Below are positions 10,820-24,180 of a stretch of 64,000 nucleotides of DNA, one piece after another (the first letter of the stretch is position 1; each line of letters starts with the position of its first letter). The notes below the pieces were generated by a model. The model had not been told where the DNA came from. It made no database searches and was given only the letters and a program-made list of their open reading frames with translations. The stretch lies in assembly GCA_013239625.1 (NCBI GenBank), contig MU054391.1, positions 6,903,824 through 6,967,823 of the forward strand. Direction: 5' to 3'. This DNA is from Lama guanicoe. Its lineage: Eukaryota. Position numbers and translations under genes: made by a program.

Positions 10820-11864
10820 GTAAAAATCAGTCAAGGATCTCCAAGCAGAGTGGGGAGATAATTTATCCCATAACACATGAATGTGTGTAATTTTAGAATA
10901 GCTTCAGTTTTTATGGAATACAAACTCACGATTAAGGAAAGTAGTAAAAAAATAATTTCGTATATAATCCTCATTATTTCATCAACAATTCTTAAAATTT
11001 TATAAAGTTTCTTACAATATTTGTAACTCAAAAAATCTCTTTAAACTGTACTACTGTGGGTATGATGACAATTTCTGGAGAAAAATATTAATAAAGTCTG
11101 AACCATAAATATAATGCATGAAGGTATTCAAACCTCCCCACTCTCTTCCCTATTCACTGCTAGAGCTTACTATGAGGACCTTTGGGAAAAAATATTCAGT
11201 CTGATGAGAATCTTCTAAAATGTAAGGTGGAAAGAATCTGTAAAAAGTAGAAACAACTTAGAGAATCAGGTTTTCTGGACCATCGTGTATTCAGGGGATT
11301 TTCCTCACCCAAAATTACTTTCCATCTCACTACCTGAATTTTTTTCATCTTATTTTATTGTGTTGCCTGAAATTTCACCAATTACGTGATTTACTGGGTT
11401 TCCCCAGCATTCTTTTTTGACTCCACAGACCTTTTGATTGGGTGTAGTAATAGCATTTATTTTCCTTCTAATAACTGAAACTGTGGAGACAGGAGTTATG
11501 ACTGGTGTGGAGATAATACGTAAATGTGAAGCATGGAACAGCTCAAAATCAGTGACACCTCAGAAAGGTGCCACAGGGAAACAGGTGCCAAACAGTCTAG
11601 GAGACCCAGGAGGAGGTCAGCACCGAAGGCAAGTCTCCTACTCTGGTCCCGGGGACTCGGAGCTTAAGAAGAGCATCGACATTCGACCAGGCTTTGTGAA
11701 TTAGGATGGCAGTTTAAGTACCATTTCTACAGCAGTTCATTCACTTCTAAAGGTCTAATTTTGTATCTTCAATATACTAATTAAATCCCTAAGCTGACCC
11801 TACTATTCAAAGAAACCTGCCAGGAAGAAGAAATTTTTTTAAAAGGCACAGAGTTAAAGGATAT
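10820..11864 (-). other. E2F6: U12-type (minor spliceosome) AT-AC intron, E2F6 intron 4
   Basis: 5' site ATATCCTTT at 11864-11856, branch site TCCTTGAC at 10837-10830, terminal AC at 10821-10820; the junction restores the frame (ENER-LAY). Confidence 0.95.
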
Positions 11865-12020
11865 CTTTCATTTTCTTTGTCATCTGTCAACTCAAACAAC
11901 TGCTGAGCACAATCCTTAATTAACTCATCCAGAGCATCTTCCATCGCTGACAAGTCAGAAAGTTCCTCCTGCAGCTTCTTCTGTTGGGGCATGGCTCCAA
12001 AATTGCTAAGATCTGATCCT
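11865..12020 (-). CDS. E2F6: E2F6 coding exon 4 (156 nt), coiled-coil/dimerization region
   Basis: ttttaaag acceptor; GSDLSNFGAMPQQKKLQEELSDLSAMEDALDELIKDCAQQLFELTDDKENE; followed by the U12 donor ATATCCTTT. Confidence 0.96.
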
Positions 12021-13642
12021 CTTTAAAAGAAAAAGATCACCATCAATACCATCTAGGAGATCACAAAACAATACCAGTTAAGTCACTCACTGGAGCTTCT
12101 TCAAATATTTGCAGCAGGTGTTTCCCACAATGACAGACAGAAACCAGGAACTGAACTCCACTCCTGTCCTCCCATTATTCTAGACAACCATCGTTCCTTC
12201 TGGTTTTTGTCTCCAGTTCTATTCTCTTACATAGGGACTTTAAAAAACAAAACCAACTCTATAACCCTATGGAAATTAGCAGTAGCACGCAAAGCTGAAT
12301 GAAGTTGAATGAGCACTGGGCTAAGAATCAACAACACCCGGTTTTATCCCCAGCTCTACTTCTTACAGCGTGACTTGACAAGTTACAATCTTTGAATCCC
12401 TTAGTTTTTACAGATGAAATACAAGGACTATTGGCCAAATCATGGTTCCTCTGCTAAAATTGAGTCTTTATTTTTCCCTACTGTGCATTTTTTATCCGGT
12501 TCTATCTGAATATGATTATACAATTTTTAAAAGATATATTTTCTTTATTACTATCTACCCCAATATGACATGACCTGAGTAACAACTGTTATTCATTGTT
12601 TTCTTCAATCTTTACAGAAAATACAGAGGGAAAAGGCTGCTACTTTATCTTTCGCTTGCTAGTTCCCAAATTAGTGATTCAGAACATAATCTGATATTAA
12701 CCCCTGAAGTGCTGTTTAATGTTATTTTGCAAACATTCTCAAATTACAATTCAATTTGCATTTCCGTACCATTGAAGAAGTAACCTCCCTTATGAACCCC
12801 TTTCCTCTAACAGCTAAGTTAATTTTAGAGTCATTTTACAATCTTTGTTGGTAGAGTTTTCATTTGCCTGAAAGGTCTCTGGAACTATTATACCCTGGAA
12901 CTATTTCTTACTGATCCAAAATACTTGCCTATTGTAAGTACAACAGCCTTCTCCCTGTGTGTGTGCCCCCATGCGCACGCATGCACACGCACACACCTGT
13001 ATCTATGTCTGCACCTCTACCATAAGGTCTCTGAGATCCTTCCTAACTATACGCTGTCTTTAGCAATTACCTTGTAGACATTAAGACTCCTCTTTTTTCA
13101 CATCCTGGGCACTGTGTTCCGAATGTCGTAACCAGAGGGTAGTTGTTAAAAAGTGAGACATCTGCCCTCTGCCGGCACTGAGTAACAGCCTCTGGGGAGG
13201 GAGGGAGGCCTCCAAGTGTTTGTTACACACTGTGCAAGAACCACTGTTTTACAGCCTTAACTACTTCCCAATGTCAACAATCAACTGAAACTAAGGAAAT
13301 ATTAAAAACAAAAAACTCCTGTGCAGTCAGATTCCCCTGTCTTATCTTGAAAAGCAAAACTCTTAAAACTAATCATGATTTCATTTAACTTTACCATAAT
13401 ACTAGAATGATTTTCCATAATATTAGAATGAATGGTACCAATGATATTCTACTCTAAGCAGGAAAAAATTATTTACATACTTTGTGGGACAATGTAAGAC
13501 AATTTTATAGAATCCTTCTCTAACAAAAATTCGCATCTTTGTTTTAATAGTCAAAACACTGCTAGTATCTAATTTGTTTTAAGCATAGTATCATCACTTC
13601 ATGAGAAGGGGAAAAAACATGCAAAGTCTGAAATCAGCTTAC

Positions 13643-13859
13643 ATCCATCGAATATGATTCTTAGACTTTTTTTCAACCAGATCAATTCCATCCAAGACAT
13701 TGGTGATGTCATACACTCTTCGTTTCCGTACTCCCAGTTTTGTTGCAACCTTGTTTAAGTCAAGAATACCCCCAGGAGCAGATCTGACAAGATCCATAAA
13801 TTTTCGAGTTAAATAAACCAGTGATACATCAAAACGAGGTCTCTTCACTTTTAGAGCTT
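13643..13859 (-). CDS. E2F6: E2F6 coding exon 3 (217 nt), winged-helix DNA-binding domain
   Basis: cccag acceptor; [71 protein letters not shown] includes the E2F RRxYD motif; GTAAGC donor. Confidence 0.98.
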
Positions 13860-14764
13860 CTGGGAAACAAAACAAAGACAACTTGTAAAATTTTAAATAG
13901 CATTTCTTTCTCAACTCATTGAAAAAAACCCATTTATTTCTTCTTGATCAGTAAGCATAGACACCTACAGAAATTCTACAGACTGCCTAAAATCATGGCT
14001 AATTTTTACGAGATAGATTTCTATAAAATAACAAATGTATTTCCACTCTACTTTTTATGGCTGCATAGTATTTAACTGCATAGATTATCTGCAAATTTAC
14101 CCCAATATAGGAAATTCAGAGTGTCTCCAGTTTTATTACTTTGCACAATACTTTAATGAATCTCCTAGTAGCTAAATTTTGATATGCATCTCTGTTCCCT
14201 TTAGTTAAGTTCCAAGATGTGGAATTGTTGAGTAAAAGGGTCTTTTGAAGTGTACTGCTACACCTGCTGACAGAACGAAGATTCTATCAATTTTACGCAG
14301 TGGGTGAGGGCCTCATCTCACGCCCTTGCCAAAACTAAATATAATCATTCTTTTCATCTCTCCCAATTTGATACTAAATAAAAAGGTCTTATGGTTAAGT
14401 GTGCAGAGGAAATAATTCTACAGATAATTCAGTTGTCCTTTTGGGGTGGAGCATGTGATTACTCCTTAATTCAACTTTCAGAGCGCACCGCAGTCGGTAT
14501 GCTTCAGAGGAAATACCCACCCTTGCCCACAACCCCCGCAACACCATGTTCAGTTTAAAAACCACTCGTGGTTACTCCAAGAAACCAAAGTACGTATTTT
14601 AGAATATAAACATTTTCTCTGTGGAGACCACTCCTATACCTAAGATTAAATGGGATTAAATAGGAATTAAACTTTTTAAAAAATTCTAAGCAGAAGACAG
14701 TCACAATTGTACAACAAATCTTGGAAGACTACAAATGAGCGATTCCGATTTAAGAAACATTTAC

Positions 14765-14950
14765 AAGTGAGCCCTGAACAACGCACGAGTTACCCTGTGT
14801 GTGATTCACAGTAGCCCCTGCACCTGCGGTTCCTCCAAATCTGCGGACTCAACCAGCCCTGGACTGCTTCGTACTGCAGTGTTTACCACTGAAAAATCCG
14901 CATATAAGTGGACTGCAGTTTAAACTCATGTTGTTCAAAGATCAACTATA
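14765..14950. mobile_element. MER8-like TcMar-Tigger MITE
   Basis: gtgagccctgaacaac...gttgttcaaagatcaacta; homologous to 3541-3770. Confidence 0.7.
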
Positions 14951-16593
14951 ATTACACTAAATTACTAACAAGGCATGGTCCTATAAGTTCAGGATAAGCA
15001 TATTCCTGTGTTAGTCATTTTATAAAGAACAGATATAAACTGAACACCTATAACATGACAGTTGCTGAAGGGATAAAAACATGAATAAAACAGTCTTCAA
15101 ACTAAAGGAACTCCACATTCAATAGTTTAGCAGGAACCCTACGCAAAGCCCAGAGACGAGTGTGAGAGAGTTACATGCGAAGTTACATGCGAAGATAAAG
15201 CTCATGACAGTGGAAACAGGGAAGGTCCCCTAGCGAGCGTGGCCGGGAACAGAGCACAGAAAGACTAGACAGGGAGGGGTTCTCGAGCACTCACGGGGAC
15301 GAGGGGCTGAGCGAGGAGAGGAAACAATAGAGCAGCCCGCGAGGACACAGTGTATTCAGGGCTCCCACAGCGTGTGCAGCGTTAGTAATGGGGAGGGTGC
15401 AGACGGCCTGGGGGGGGGGGAAGGCTGCAAAGTGAAGCAAGAAACAGCCCTCAAGGGCCTCGTCCTTCTGTCTGTCCATTCTCTCTTGCCTTGTTTCTTT
15501 TAAGGATATGAAGTGGGTTATGAATTTAATATAAACAAATAAAACCAAACAAATGAGTCAGGATTTTTCCTATATATAACAGAGCATCACTGAAGACTTC
15601 TAGGTTGAGTGATGTCATCACCGCCCTTCTGTGTTAGAGAAACTACACTGGCAGCAGAATTAAGAGGTGAGGGGTGCCTGGCTCTGCGATCTCTTCTGTC
15701 TGGGAGGGGGCAAGCCTGCCCGAGGCAGGAGCCAAACATGTGGGTGAGGCTGTGGGCTGAAGTTGGAGGCTCGGGGCTGAATTCTGATGGAGCAAGTTAC
15801 TTAACCTCTCTGAACCTAAAACTAAGGCTTATCTATAAAACAGGACTAATAATCCATACTGTATTTGAAGGTTGTGATAATCCATGCAAAGAGCCTAACA
15901 CAAGGCCAAGCCCTGAACGAGCTCAATAAACATCAGACGTGACTGCGAGTGGGTGGTACGAGGCAGACGAAGGAAACGCTTTCAGAGTAAAACTGACCAA
16001 ACGTCGGGGCCAGATATGGGTGGGGCTGTGGCGGGGCAGAGAAGTGAAGGCTCATGTTAAGATGTGCAGTGGGCGTCTATGCACCGTCTACCCACTGAGA
16101 TTAGGAGCACATTAAGAGGAAATTGGGGTGGGGCCATTTATCGGGACAATTTCCAGAAAGATAAGGAACTAGAGCAACTAACATTCCATTTCCTGTAACG
16201 GGCTCTGAACACCGATCCACGGCAGGAGTAGAAGGAAAAATCAAAGGAAACCAGGAGGGCAGAAGAGCATCCTCATGCTTGCTGCCCGAGAGGGCCTTCA
16301 GCCCTGCTGACGGCAACACGCGCTCTCACAGAATTCTGGGAAACATCCGCCAACACAGACCAGTCCACTCCAAAAGCGCCACTTCCAAAGCAACAGAGAA
16401 TAAACTGGCATTTGTGCATGTTAACAGCCCACAACCCCAGGAGTTTTTGCTGAAATTTCAAGCTTTACATTTCAGTGTACAAATAATATTTTATTTAAGT
16501 TACTTACCAACTTATGTACATTTAAAGTAAATCATTTAAAATCACATGAAGTTCAAACTACAAAACCTAAAACCTATTCAGGAATCAACTTAC

Positions 16594-16648
16594 TTCTCAT
16601 GGACACATATTGTACATTATCTTCTAAATTAATCCTTATTTTTGATGG
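16594..16648 (-). CDS. E2F6: E2F6 coding exon 2 (55 nt)
   Basis: tttttcag acceptor, encodes PSKIRINLEDNVQYVSMR plus 1 nt, GTAAGT donor; phase fits exons 1 and 3. Confidence 0.96.
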
Positions 16649-19600
16649 CTGAAAAAAAGAAGATACAGAAATTAATTAGTAATTTAAAATGCAAATGAAC
16701 AGCAAAAGGCAAAAAAATGCAAACAAACAGCATTTTACTGGATAATAATAAAGGGTTTTTTTCTCACCCTGGGATGATAATTTGGGTGTAAGAAAACCAG
16801 TTCTTCTTCTAATACTTACGCTAACTGTAATCACATCTGACAAGGTTCACAGATTTGAATTTCTAATACTGCATGGTCCTCCGTAAGTACAGAACAGTAG
16901 TTAAAGAAACAGGGGTGGGGGAGAAAGGAATAGGGGAATGTGAATATGAGAATTTATTACTAACAGACACTAATTTACTGATGGCATCAGGTACTGAGGA
17001 TAAAAATACAAAGACGATCAGGACACTGTCCCTGACTCTGGGAAGCGCAGAAGTCTAAGATACATCTAAACTAACAAATGGTCACCCCTTGCTAATTAAG
17101 TGTAAGTGGTTCCAAGAAATGTGCTCATAAACTTTCACAGGCAGCCTTGCATTCCCGTGATAATTAATGTAAAAACAGCATTTTTAATAATAGAAAATAA
17201 CGCACACTATGTAACTAGGAACTTTGGTATTAGATTAATTAAAAATCTCTCTTAAATCCTTCAGACAACCAGGAAAATTAGTAGTAGCTCCACTATCAAC
17301 GCTCACCATTTCACCAGTTATTTCGAGGCTAGGAAAGTTTATATAAACTGGTAGTAACATCTGCAATACTTTTAGAAATTGTTTTTGCAAACAATAAAAT
17401 CTTTAGATGAAGCCGTGTAAACAGAAACCCGTATTAGCCTCGTGCTTAGAACAAAGGATAATGATGCCATGCTCCTCCAGACAAGCCCCGTGCAGGTTTA
17501 GTTCTTATGTAAGTGAAAAAACTGGCCCCAAACTGGCCGCAGAAGTGGGAATGTGAACGCCATAAGGCACCTGAGAGAAGAATCAGCAGTACCACGGATG
17601 TGCCCAGCGAGGAAATCAAAGGGGTTCACAGGGAAGGGGATCCCTAGCTGAGCCTTGAAAGACAAGCCAGATTTTGCCCCAACCTGTGGGAGCCTGGGGG
17701 GGTGGGAAGGAAAAAAAACAGGGCTCCTGGGGCAGCAAGTGAAATAAACAAAGATGTGAAAACAGAAATAGCCTGGCACCTTTTGAGAACCCGCCTGAGC
17801 AGCCAGTGCGAAACCGACTTGATACTGAGGCTGAAGGGCAGGCTAGCACCTTGCCAACGCGGAAGACCGTGAAAGGAACGCTAAGGAGTCTGAACTTTAG
17901 GCTGTAACCAGAGCAGAACCACCACAGATTTCTGAACAAGAGAATGACGAACTCAGGCTCGTGGGTTAGAGATCTAAGTGTGTTAGCAATGTGACAAAGA
18001 GACTGGAGGATGGGGAAGCCTGAAGCCGAGGTGAGCCTCTCCTTGCTTTTCAGTGACACAAATCCTTGACACAAGGATTCGTTTATCATCTATGACAAGA
18101 TGACAGCACCTGTCAGCGAGTTAACCTGATAGGGAACCATTCCCCTGAAGCAGAGCTCCACTGTGAAGTGAACTGAGTTGTTAGAATTTAAAGCAACATA
18201 TAGGCCTGCTGGGTGCAAAACCCCAGTTGAGAATGCCCGTCTTGGGGGCAGGGGCTCTGCCTGGCTCTCTCTTGCACAGGGCTGACCACGGTGACTTGCA
18301 AATACAGTATCCAACAGTCAGCCACTGAAGGGCAGTCCTATTAAAGTCAAACATCAGACCAGTATGACCAACTGTCACAGCTACTTTTACATTCAACCCT
18401 TCTGCTAACACAGTATGAGACAGAGTTGAAATACTGTCTCAAGACTCTCAAATGACAAAAAATCCACCCTCATCACATTGGTTTGGAACACACAAACAAA
18501 TACCCTAAATGATACACATATTATGGTTGGTTCATGAGTTTTCTATTCGGTCCATGATCTGTTACTTATGTATCTGCAACATACTATTTTAATTACTACA
18601 ATGTTAAAGTAAATTCCGCCATCACGTCAGTGCAGTCCTGACAACGCACACAGACAGGGTTAACAGAGCAGAGCCCGCGGCGCTTTACTGTAAACAGGCT
18701 TCTGTTCTTAGTAGCAGGGCCAAGTTCTACACTCACAGTACTCAGCTGTTTCCAAACAGGCTGCCTCCCTACCTGCTCTCCACATACTCTAGAAGGGCAG
18801 CTTTTCCTGCTCAATACTCCTCCCTCTGGTCTCTTATCTAGACCATTGCTATTCAGCTTGGCACAAGGATAATAAGACCTCAGTCAGGCACAGTAACATG
18901 AGAAAGTATGACTTCCTTTCCCCCACATTCTTTGCTATAAACTACATATTGGCTATACTGAGATCTGTGGGAGAACAGATTCCAACAGCATCCATTCATT
19001 TTTTTCCCCTTTGAATATAAAAACACTATCCCTTTATCTTGGAGGAATCATAACAGTGTCACGCCCTTCGGGGCAGACATGCCAAAGGAACATCATCTGA
19101 ATCCTACAGATCTACAATCCTGGAGATTTCCAAAGTGCTTACAGCAATGACACATTCATCTCATTTATATTCAGAATTGTTCTTGACTAGAGACTGGGTT
19201 CAGGACTACTAGGACTTCTTAAATGCTGGGAGATCCCAGCCCGTATCTGCAACACAGTGTAGGAATATAACTTTTTACTGCCCATTTTCCAAGCTATTGC
19301 AAAGATTAAATGACAGATTTTGTAAACTGTAAAAATCCTATGAAAGCACAAGAGACTACTTATTATTGTTTTCCTTCTTGAACCGGAACAGTGCCTGGCA
19401 CATTCAGGCACTTGGTAAATATTTGTTAAACTAATGAACAGAGACTGAAATAGGACCTCATCGAAGATGACTTCAACTGACAAATAACAATGAGTGTTTA
19501 CAGACACAGGGACGGGGGAAGACACCCTCCTGGGAACATTAATAAGGATCACTGAGAGACCATGAAGCCTCACTGCCTGTTTTCTAAATTCGCCATCTGG

Positions 19601-20247
19601 ATAGAGTCAGTCTGACAATCCTGGCAAGCCCTTCCAGCTTCTCTGACTTTGGTGAGTCACATTCAACAGGTGAGCTTTTCGGGGAGTAAACGGGACTAGA
19701 CAGGACCTCCCTTTTGAAGTGGTTTAAAATCAGAATAAATGCTTCCTCATACAAAAGTTAGCAAGCTATCAAAAAAAAAAAAGTAAATGAAATGCCACCC
19801 CTGCACATGGCCCGCCAGAACAGAACCGGGTACCTGGCGCTGGAGGGAGACAATGAGGCTCTCCCTCCAAGGGCACAGAGAGGAGGTGAGAAGAGGGGCC
19901 CCCACTCCAGGTGAGGAACGATGACCCCCAATGGGAGACTGATTGTGTGAACCCTTTCAGGGACATCCATTATTTTTAAAATTTTGAAATAATCTCAGCC
20001 TTCAGAAAAGGTGCAGAAACAGTACCAACAATTACCACATACCCTTCACCCAAACCCCTCAAATGTTAATGTTTTGCGTTTGCTTTATCATCTTTTTCTC
20101 TATACACACGTGCTTTTTTTTTTTCCTCTGAATCATCTGAGTGTAAACTGCAGACCCCTAAATAATTCAGTGTTTATCTCAAGGACAGTCTCTGACACAA
20201 CCACAATATAACTACCAAAAAGTCTGTTCAAGACTAAGCAGTCTTGA

Positions 20248-20446
20248 TAAGCAACAAGTTCATAACTGTATAGCACAAGGAACTATATTCAATATCTTGC
20301 AGTAACTTCTAATGAAAAAGAATATGAAAACGAATACATGTATGTTCACACATGACTGAAGCATTGTGCTATACACCAGAAACTGACACATTGTAAACCG
20401 ACTACACTTCAATAAAATACATGTACAAAAAACGGAAAAAAAAAAA
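20248..20446 (+). mobile_element. 5'-truncated L1 3' end in E2F6 intron 1
   Basis: L1 3' UTR-like sequence, AATAAA and poly(A); perfect TSD aagactaagcagtcttga at 20230-20247 and 20447-20464. Confidence 0.85.
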
Positions 20447-20464
20447 AAGACTAAGCAGTCTTGA

Positions 20465-21620
20465 AAAAGTCTGTCAGAAGAAATCTGGACTTCAAGGACA
20501 CTGCCAGTAAGGGTTCAAAAGGACAGGGGAACTTACAGAAACTTGAAGAAGGGGGATCCTTGTTATGCTAAGACAGAGCACTTAGCAACAGTATCAACTG
20601 CAGTTCTGAGGAAAGTTGATGCTAATGAACAGGGTAATCCTACCAAGGAGATTTCCAGGCAGCACTCACCGCCCTTGCAGCTCATCATGCAAGATGAGGG
20701 AGACTGAGGAAAGAACTGCTGAACAAAAGGAAGCCAGGATTTAGTGGCTTTAAAAATTCTCAGCCTCTCAAGAAGCTAAAAATTAAGAAATGACTTCTCA
20801 GAAAGACCAAATCAAAGGCAGACACCATAACCTAAAGATGAAGGTGTGGGTGTGACTACAGTTTTTGCTGGAGCCCTCAGGGATCAAAATGGTCCCTTGG
20901 AGAACTACTCAGTCACACAAAAGGCCCCAGAAGGAGAGTAAGAATGGACCTCGCAGATCTCTTGCTCTAATGACAGGGCCACAGGGAGCTGCAGGCACTG
21001 TCCCTCGGCTACCCCAGCAGAAGTCCAGGGTAGAGAAGAGTTGATCTTGAAGAAATCTATGGGTGGGACTTCCATCTAGTGAGTGAACCACAAGCTTAAC
21101 AGTAGTTTTTGAGAGAATTATATCAGCAAAACCACTGCCAGCTTGGACTAAAAGGGACAAAGACAGTTCAAATAGAGAAGAGGCCATTGGACACCCCAAA
21201 TTCTGCTGACAGGCTGAAAAAAGCACTCACCTATGAATAGATATCACCTTTCATGAAAAAGACAGACTCAGATGGTGGCGCCAAGAGCCCAGGGGGAGAC
21301 GTGGGAGCATGGAGAACTGTTTCCAAGCCTTGAGACCTAATTAAGAAATTTCTCACCCTCACCAGGCTGGATTTCAGAACTGCTCTGGGCCAGGTACTCC
21401 TCGGTGCCTCCCATTTCCTCTTTATGAACAGGACTGTCTACAGCAGTTACCCTGTGTCTTCCCCACTAGCGTATGCTGTAGCTGCGTGCTGGGTGTGTGT
21501 GTGGGGGGTCAGATAACTTGTCTTTTTAGTCTTACAGACCTAAAGATCTGGAGGAACCATACTTGAAAGGCTGTACTTAAAGAATTACACCTGAGGAGCT
21601 TGAATTCTTATCCTATTCTC
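20465..21620. mobile_element. Degenerate ERVL-MaLR (MLT1-type) internal sequence
   Basis: Motifs such as gggggatccttgttatg...ttagcaaca resemble MLT1-int; boundaries approximate. Confidence 0.5.
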
Positions 21621-23419
21621 TGAGCATAAAATCTGTTATTGTGAGACTCAAATTGCGAGAAATACGCTTTAAAAAGATGATTACGGTTAGTCACTCTGTG
21701 GCAAATATAAAAACTCGGGGGCAAGCCAAGTATCAGGAAAACTGGTTAAGAACACACTGCAACAATCCAAAACACAGACTGTGGCTAAAAGTGGCAAGTA
21801 CTGGTGATTAACTTTAACTAGACAGAGAGATGGAGAGGGTCAGTTTGAAAGAGAAAATGCAAGGGTGATGCCCAGGACACTAGCTTGGGCAATGTGGTGG
21901 GTGTGGTGCCATTTACAGCAGGAGACAGCAAGCTGTTGCTTGCTTAGGCAAGAAGATAATGAATTCGATTTTGGATATATGAGTTTGAAATCTAAGTAGA
22001 GATCTCCCAGTAGACAGAAAGCTATGAGCTGGATTTATAGGTTTGGGACTTACTATGACATGGTAACCAAAACTACCAGAGTGGGTGAGAATTTCCAAGA
22101 CTTCAAGGGCTGTATGTATCTTCTAATATTAAATACAAAATTAAGTAGTTTTTTCCATAGTAAGAGTTTAGAACTTTTAGCATGTTCTCAAAGATTAAGA
22201 CCATCAATATAAACAGTAAGAGAAGTCATGACAGTGGTGCATGACATCTCACGTGAAGGAACTGTGAAGAAGGCAGAAGATCTGAGTAACATCAACATGG
22301 AAGGAAAGGGAAAAGGAAGAGGAGTCTGCGAAGGAGAACAAAAGAAGCCAGATGAGCAGATGGAGAGCCGAGATTAGGTGTCCAAGGAGCTATTCCATGG
22401 TGAGAGTTTCCAAACAAAAGTGAGCGGTCAATCATGTCAAAGCTACAGAAGATACATAGTGAAACATCCACTGGAAGTGACAAGCTTGTTGGTGACCTTG
22501 GTAGGAAGTCTTAGAGCTCTGCTTGGGGCAGAGGCCCCTCCCCCGACAGCAAGGCAAAGTGGTAACGACAGGAGAGCAAGTAGACCCAGGAGTGCAAACA
22601 ATTTTTTCAAAAAGTTTGGCTGTGAAGGGGGAGCGATACCACAGATGGGAGGGCATACGGAAGGAATTAAGGGAGGGATCTTTCAAGATGCAAAAGGATT
22701 CAGGATGTGGTTTAAGTAGTCGAGAATTTACCATCCGGAGTCAGATCCTGTGAGGTTAAATCCAGGCTTTTCTACTTACTAGCTAAATACACGGAAGCCA
22801 CTTAACATCTCCAAGTCTATTTTGGTAATTATAAAACAAGAATAAACCCTTAGGACTGCCCTGCAGAACTAAAGGAGATAATGTTCATAAACTATTTTTG
22901 AGCACCGAGTCTTCTTGGTGTCTGGGCACACTAACTCCAGGAAATGTTTAGTTACTAGTAATCAGAAGAAACCAGCAGAGAAATTGATAATGTCGGGAGA
23001 ATGGAAAATGATGGTTCATCGAGGGTCCTGAGGATTAAGGAAAATCTACTGCATCTAGTCCAGAACAACAGACAAAATTAACCTTTTTGCAGGGAGTCCA
23101 AACTCTCTTTCATTTTCTCTGTCAAACAGGATGGAAGATAATTTGCTGAACGGGGAGGCTCTGGGTGGGAAATGTGAGGTGTGGACAAGTTTTAAGTGGC
23201 TGAAGTAGGAGAGCGGGAGAGGAGGCTGAAGAGAACAACTGAGAAACAGCTTGCAGAGATAGTGAGAAATGGAAAAGCATGATTATCTCAGGCAAAGTTG
23301 AGAAATTTTCTCCTACACTGCTCCGTAGCCGCGGTAAAAGCCAGGGAGGCTGACAACATATTTGCAAGCAGATGCTGAAGGGAGAAGAGTTTAAGCAGGT
23401 GGCCGGTCTGGTTCACAGG

Positions 23420-24180
23420 ACGTGATGGGGCAGTGCGAAAGCCGGGGAGGCCGAGGAGCAGCCCCGGGCCCAGCCCCGGGGAGGTCACGACCGAGGCGAC
23501 TGCCAGTCCAGCCTCTCCGCGGGCCGGGTACCTCCACCTCCACCCCCACCCGACGGCCCCGCGCTGGAACACACGCCGTCCCCGGGGCTTACCAGCAGCC
23601 CCTCCACGTTGATGGGGTCCCGGCACCGGCGGCGAACCGTCTCCTCCGCCGGGTCCACGAGCAGGCTGGGCAGCTTCCGCGCCGGCCGCTGCTGACTCAT
23701 GCTGCCCAGCCGGCCGCCCCTCGCCCTCGCACCCCGCGAGCTCTCCCGCCTTCTCCCGCTCGGGTCGGGCGCCGCCCCCAGCACACCGGGTCCCGGGGGC
23801 CAAGCACGAACCGGGTCCCTGGCCTGATCGGAGGCGCCGCCTGGCTAGGCCGGCCTGCAGAGGGACGCGCCGCTGCCCCCACGACCCCGGGAGCAAGAAC
23901 GCAGGCGGGAGGCGAGCTAGGTGACCCGCGGACCTCAGGACGCCAGGCCCGCCATCTTCCCGCATGCGCAGTGCGCCGCCCCCAGTGCGCATGCCCGCGG
24001 CGGCCGGCGCGCTCCCACGTACTGGTCGCCTCCTGGAGGCCGGAGCTCCGGAAATCCCGGGGACGGAATTAACGGAGAGGATGGCGAAGGAAAAGGAAGA
24101 CGTGGAGCAGAATTCCAGGCACAGGGAACGGGGCGAGAGAAAAGAGGCAGCCCGGACAACGCAATAGTCGCCTCGGAATT
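23420..24180 (-). promoter_or_regulatory. E2F6: CpG-island promoter of E2F6
   Basis: Very high GC and CpG density around exon 1; YY1-like CCGCCATCTT 23949-23958, E2F-like TTCCCGC 23957-23963, NRF1-like CGCATGCGCA 23961-23970 and TGCGCATGC 23986-23994, ETS-like CCGGAAAT 24048-24055. Confidence 0.9.
23593..23700 (-). CDS. E2F6: E2F6 coding exon 1 (108 nt)
   Basis: ATG at 23700, encodes MSQQRPARKLPSLLVDPAEETVRRRCRDPINVEGLL, ends at a GTAAGC donor; matches the E2F6 N-terminus; lies in a CpG island. Confidence 0.97.

Noticed and set aside
15169..15194. 12-bp tandem duplication agttacatgcga x2
   Set aside because: Ordinary slippage-type duplication in an intron with no sign of function
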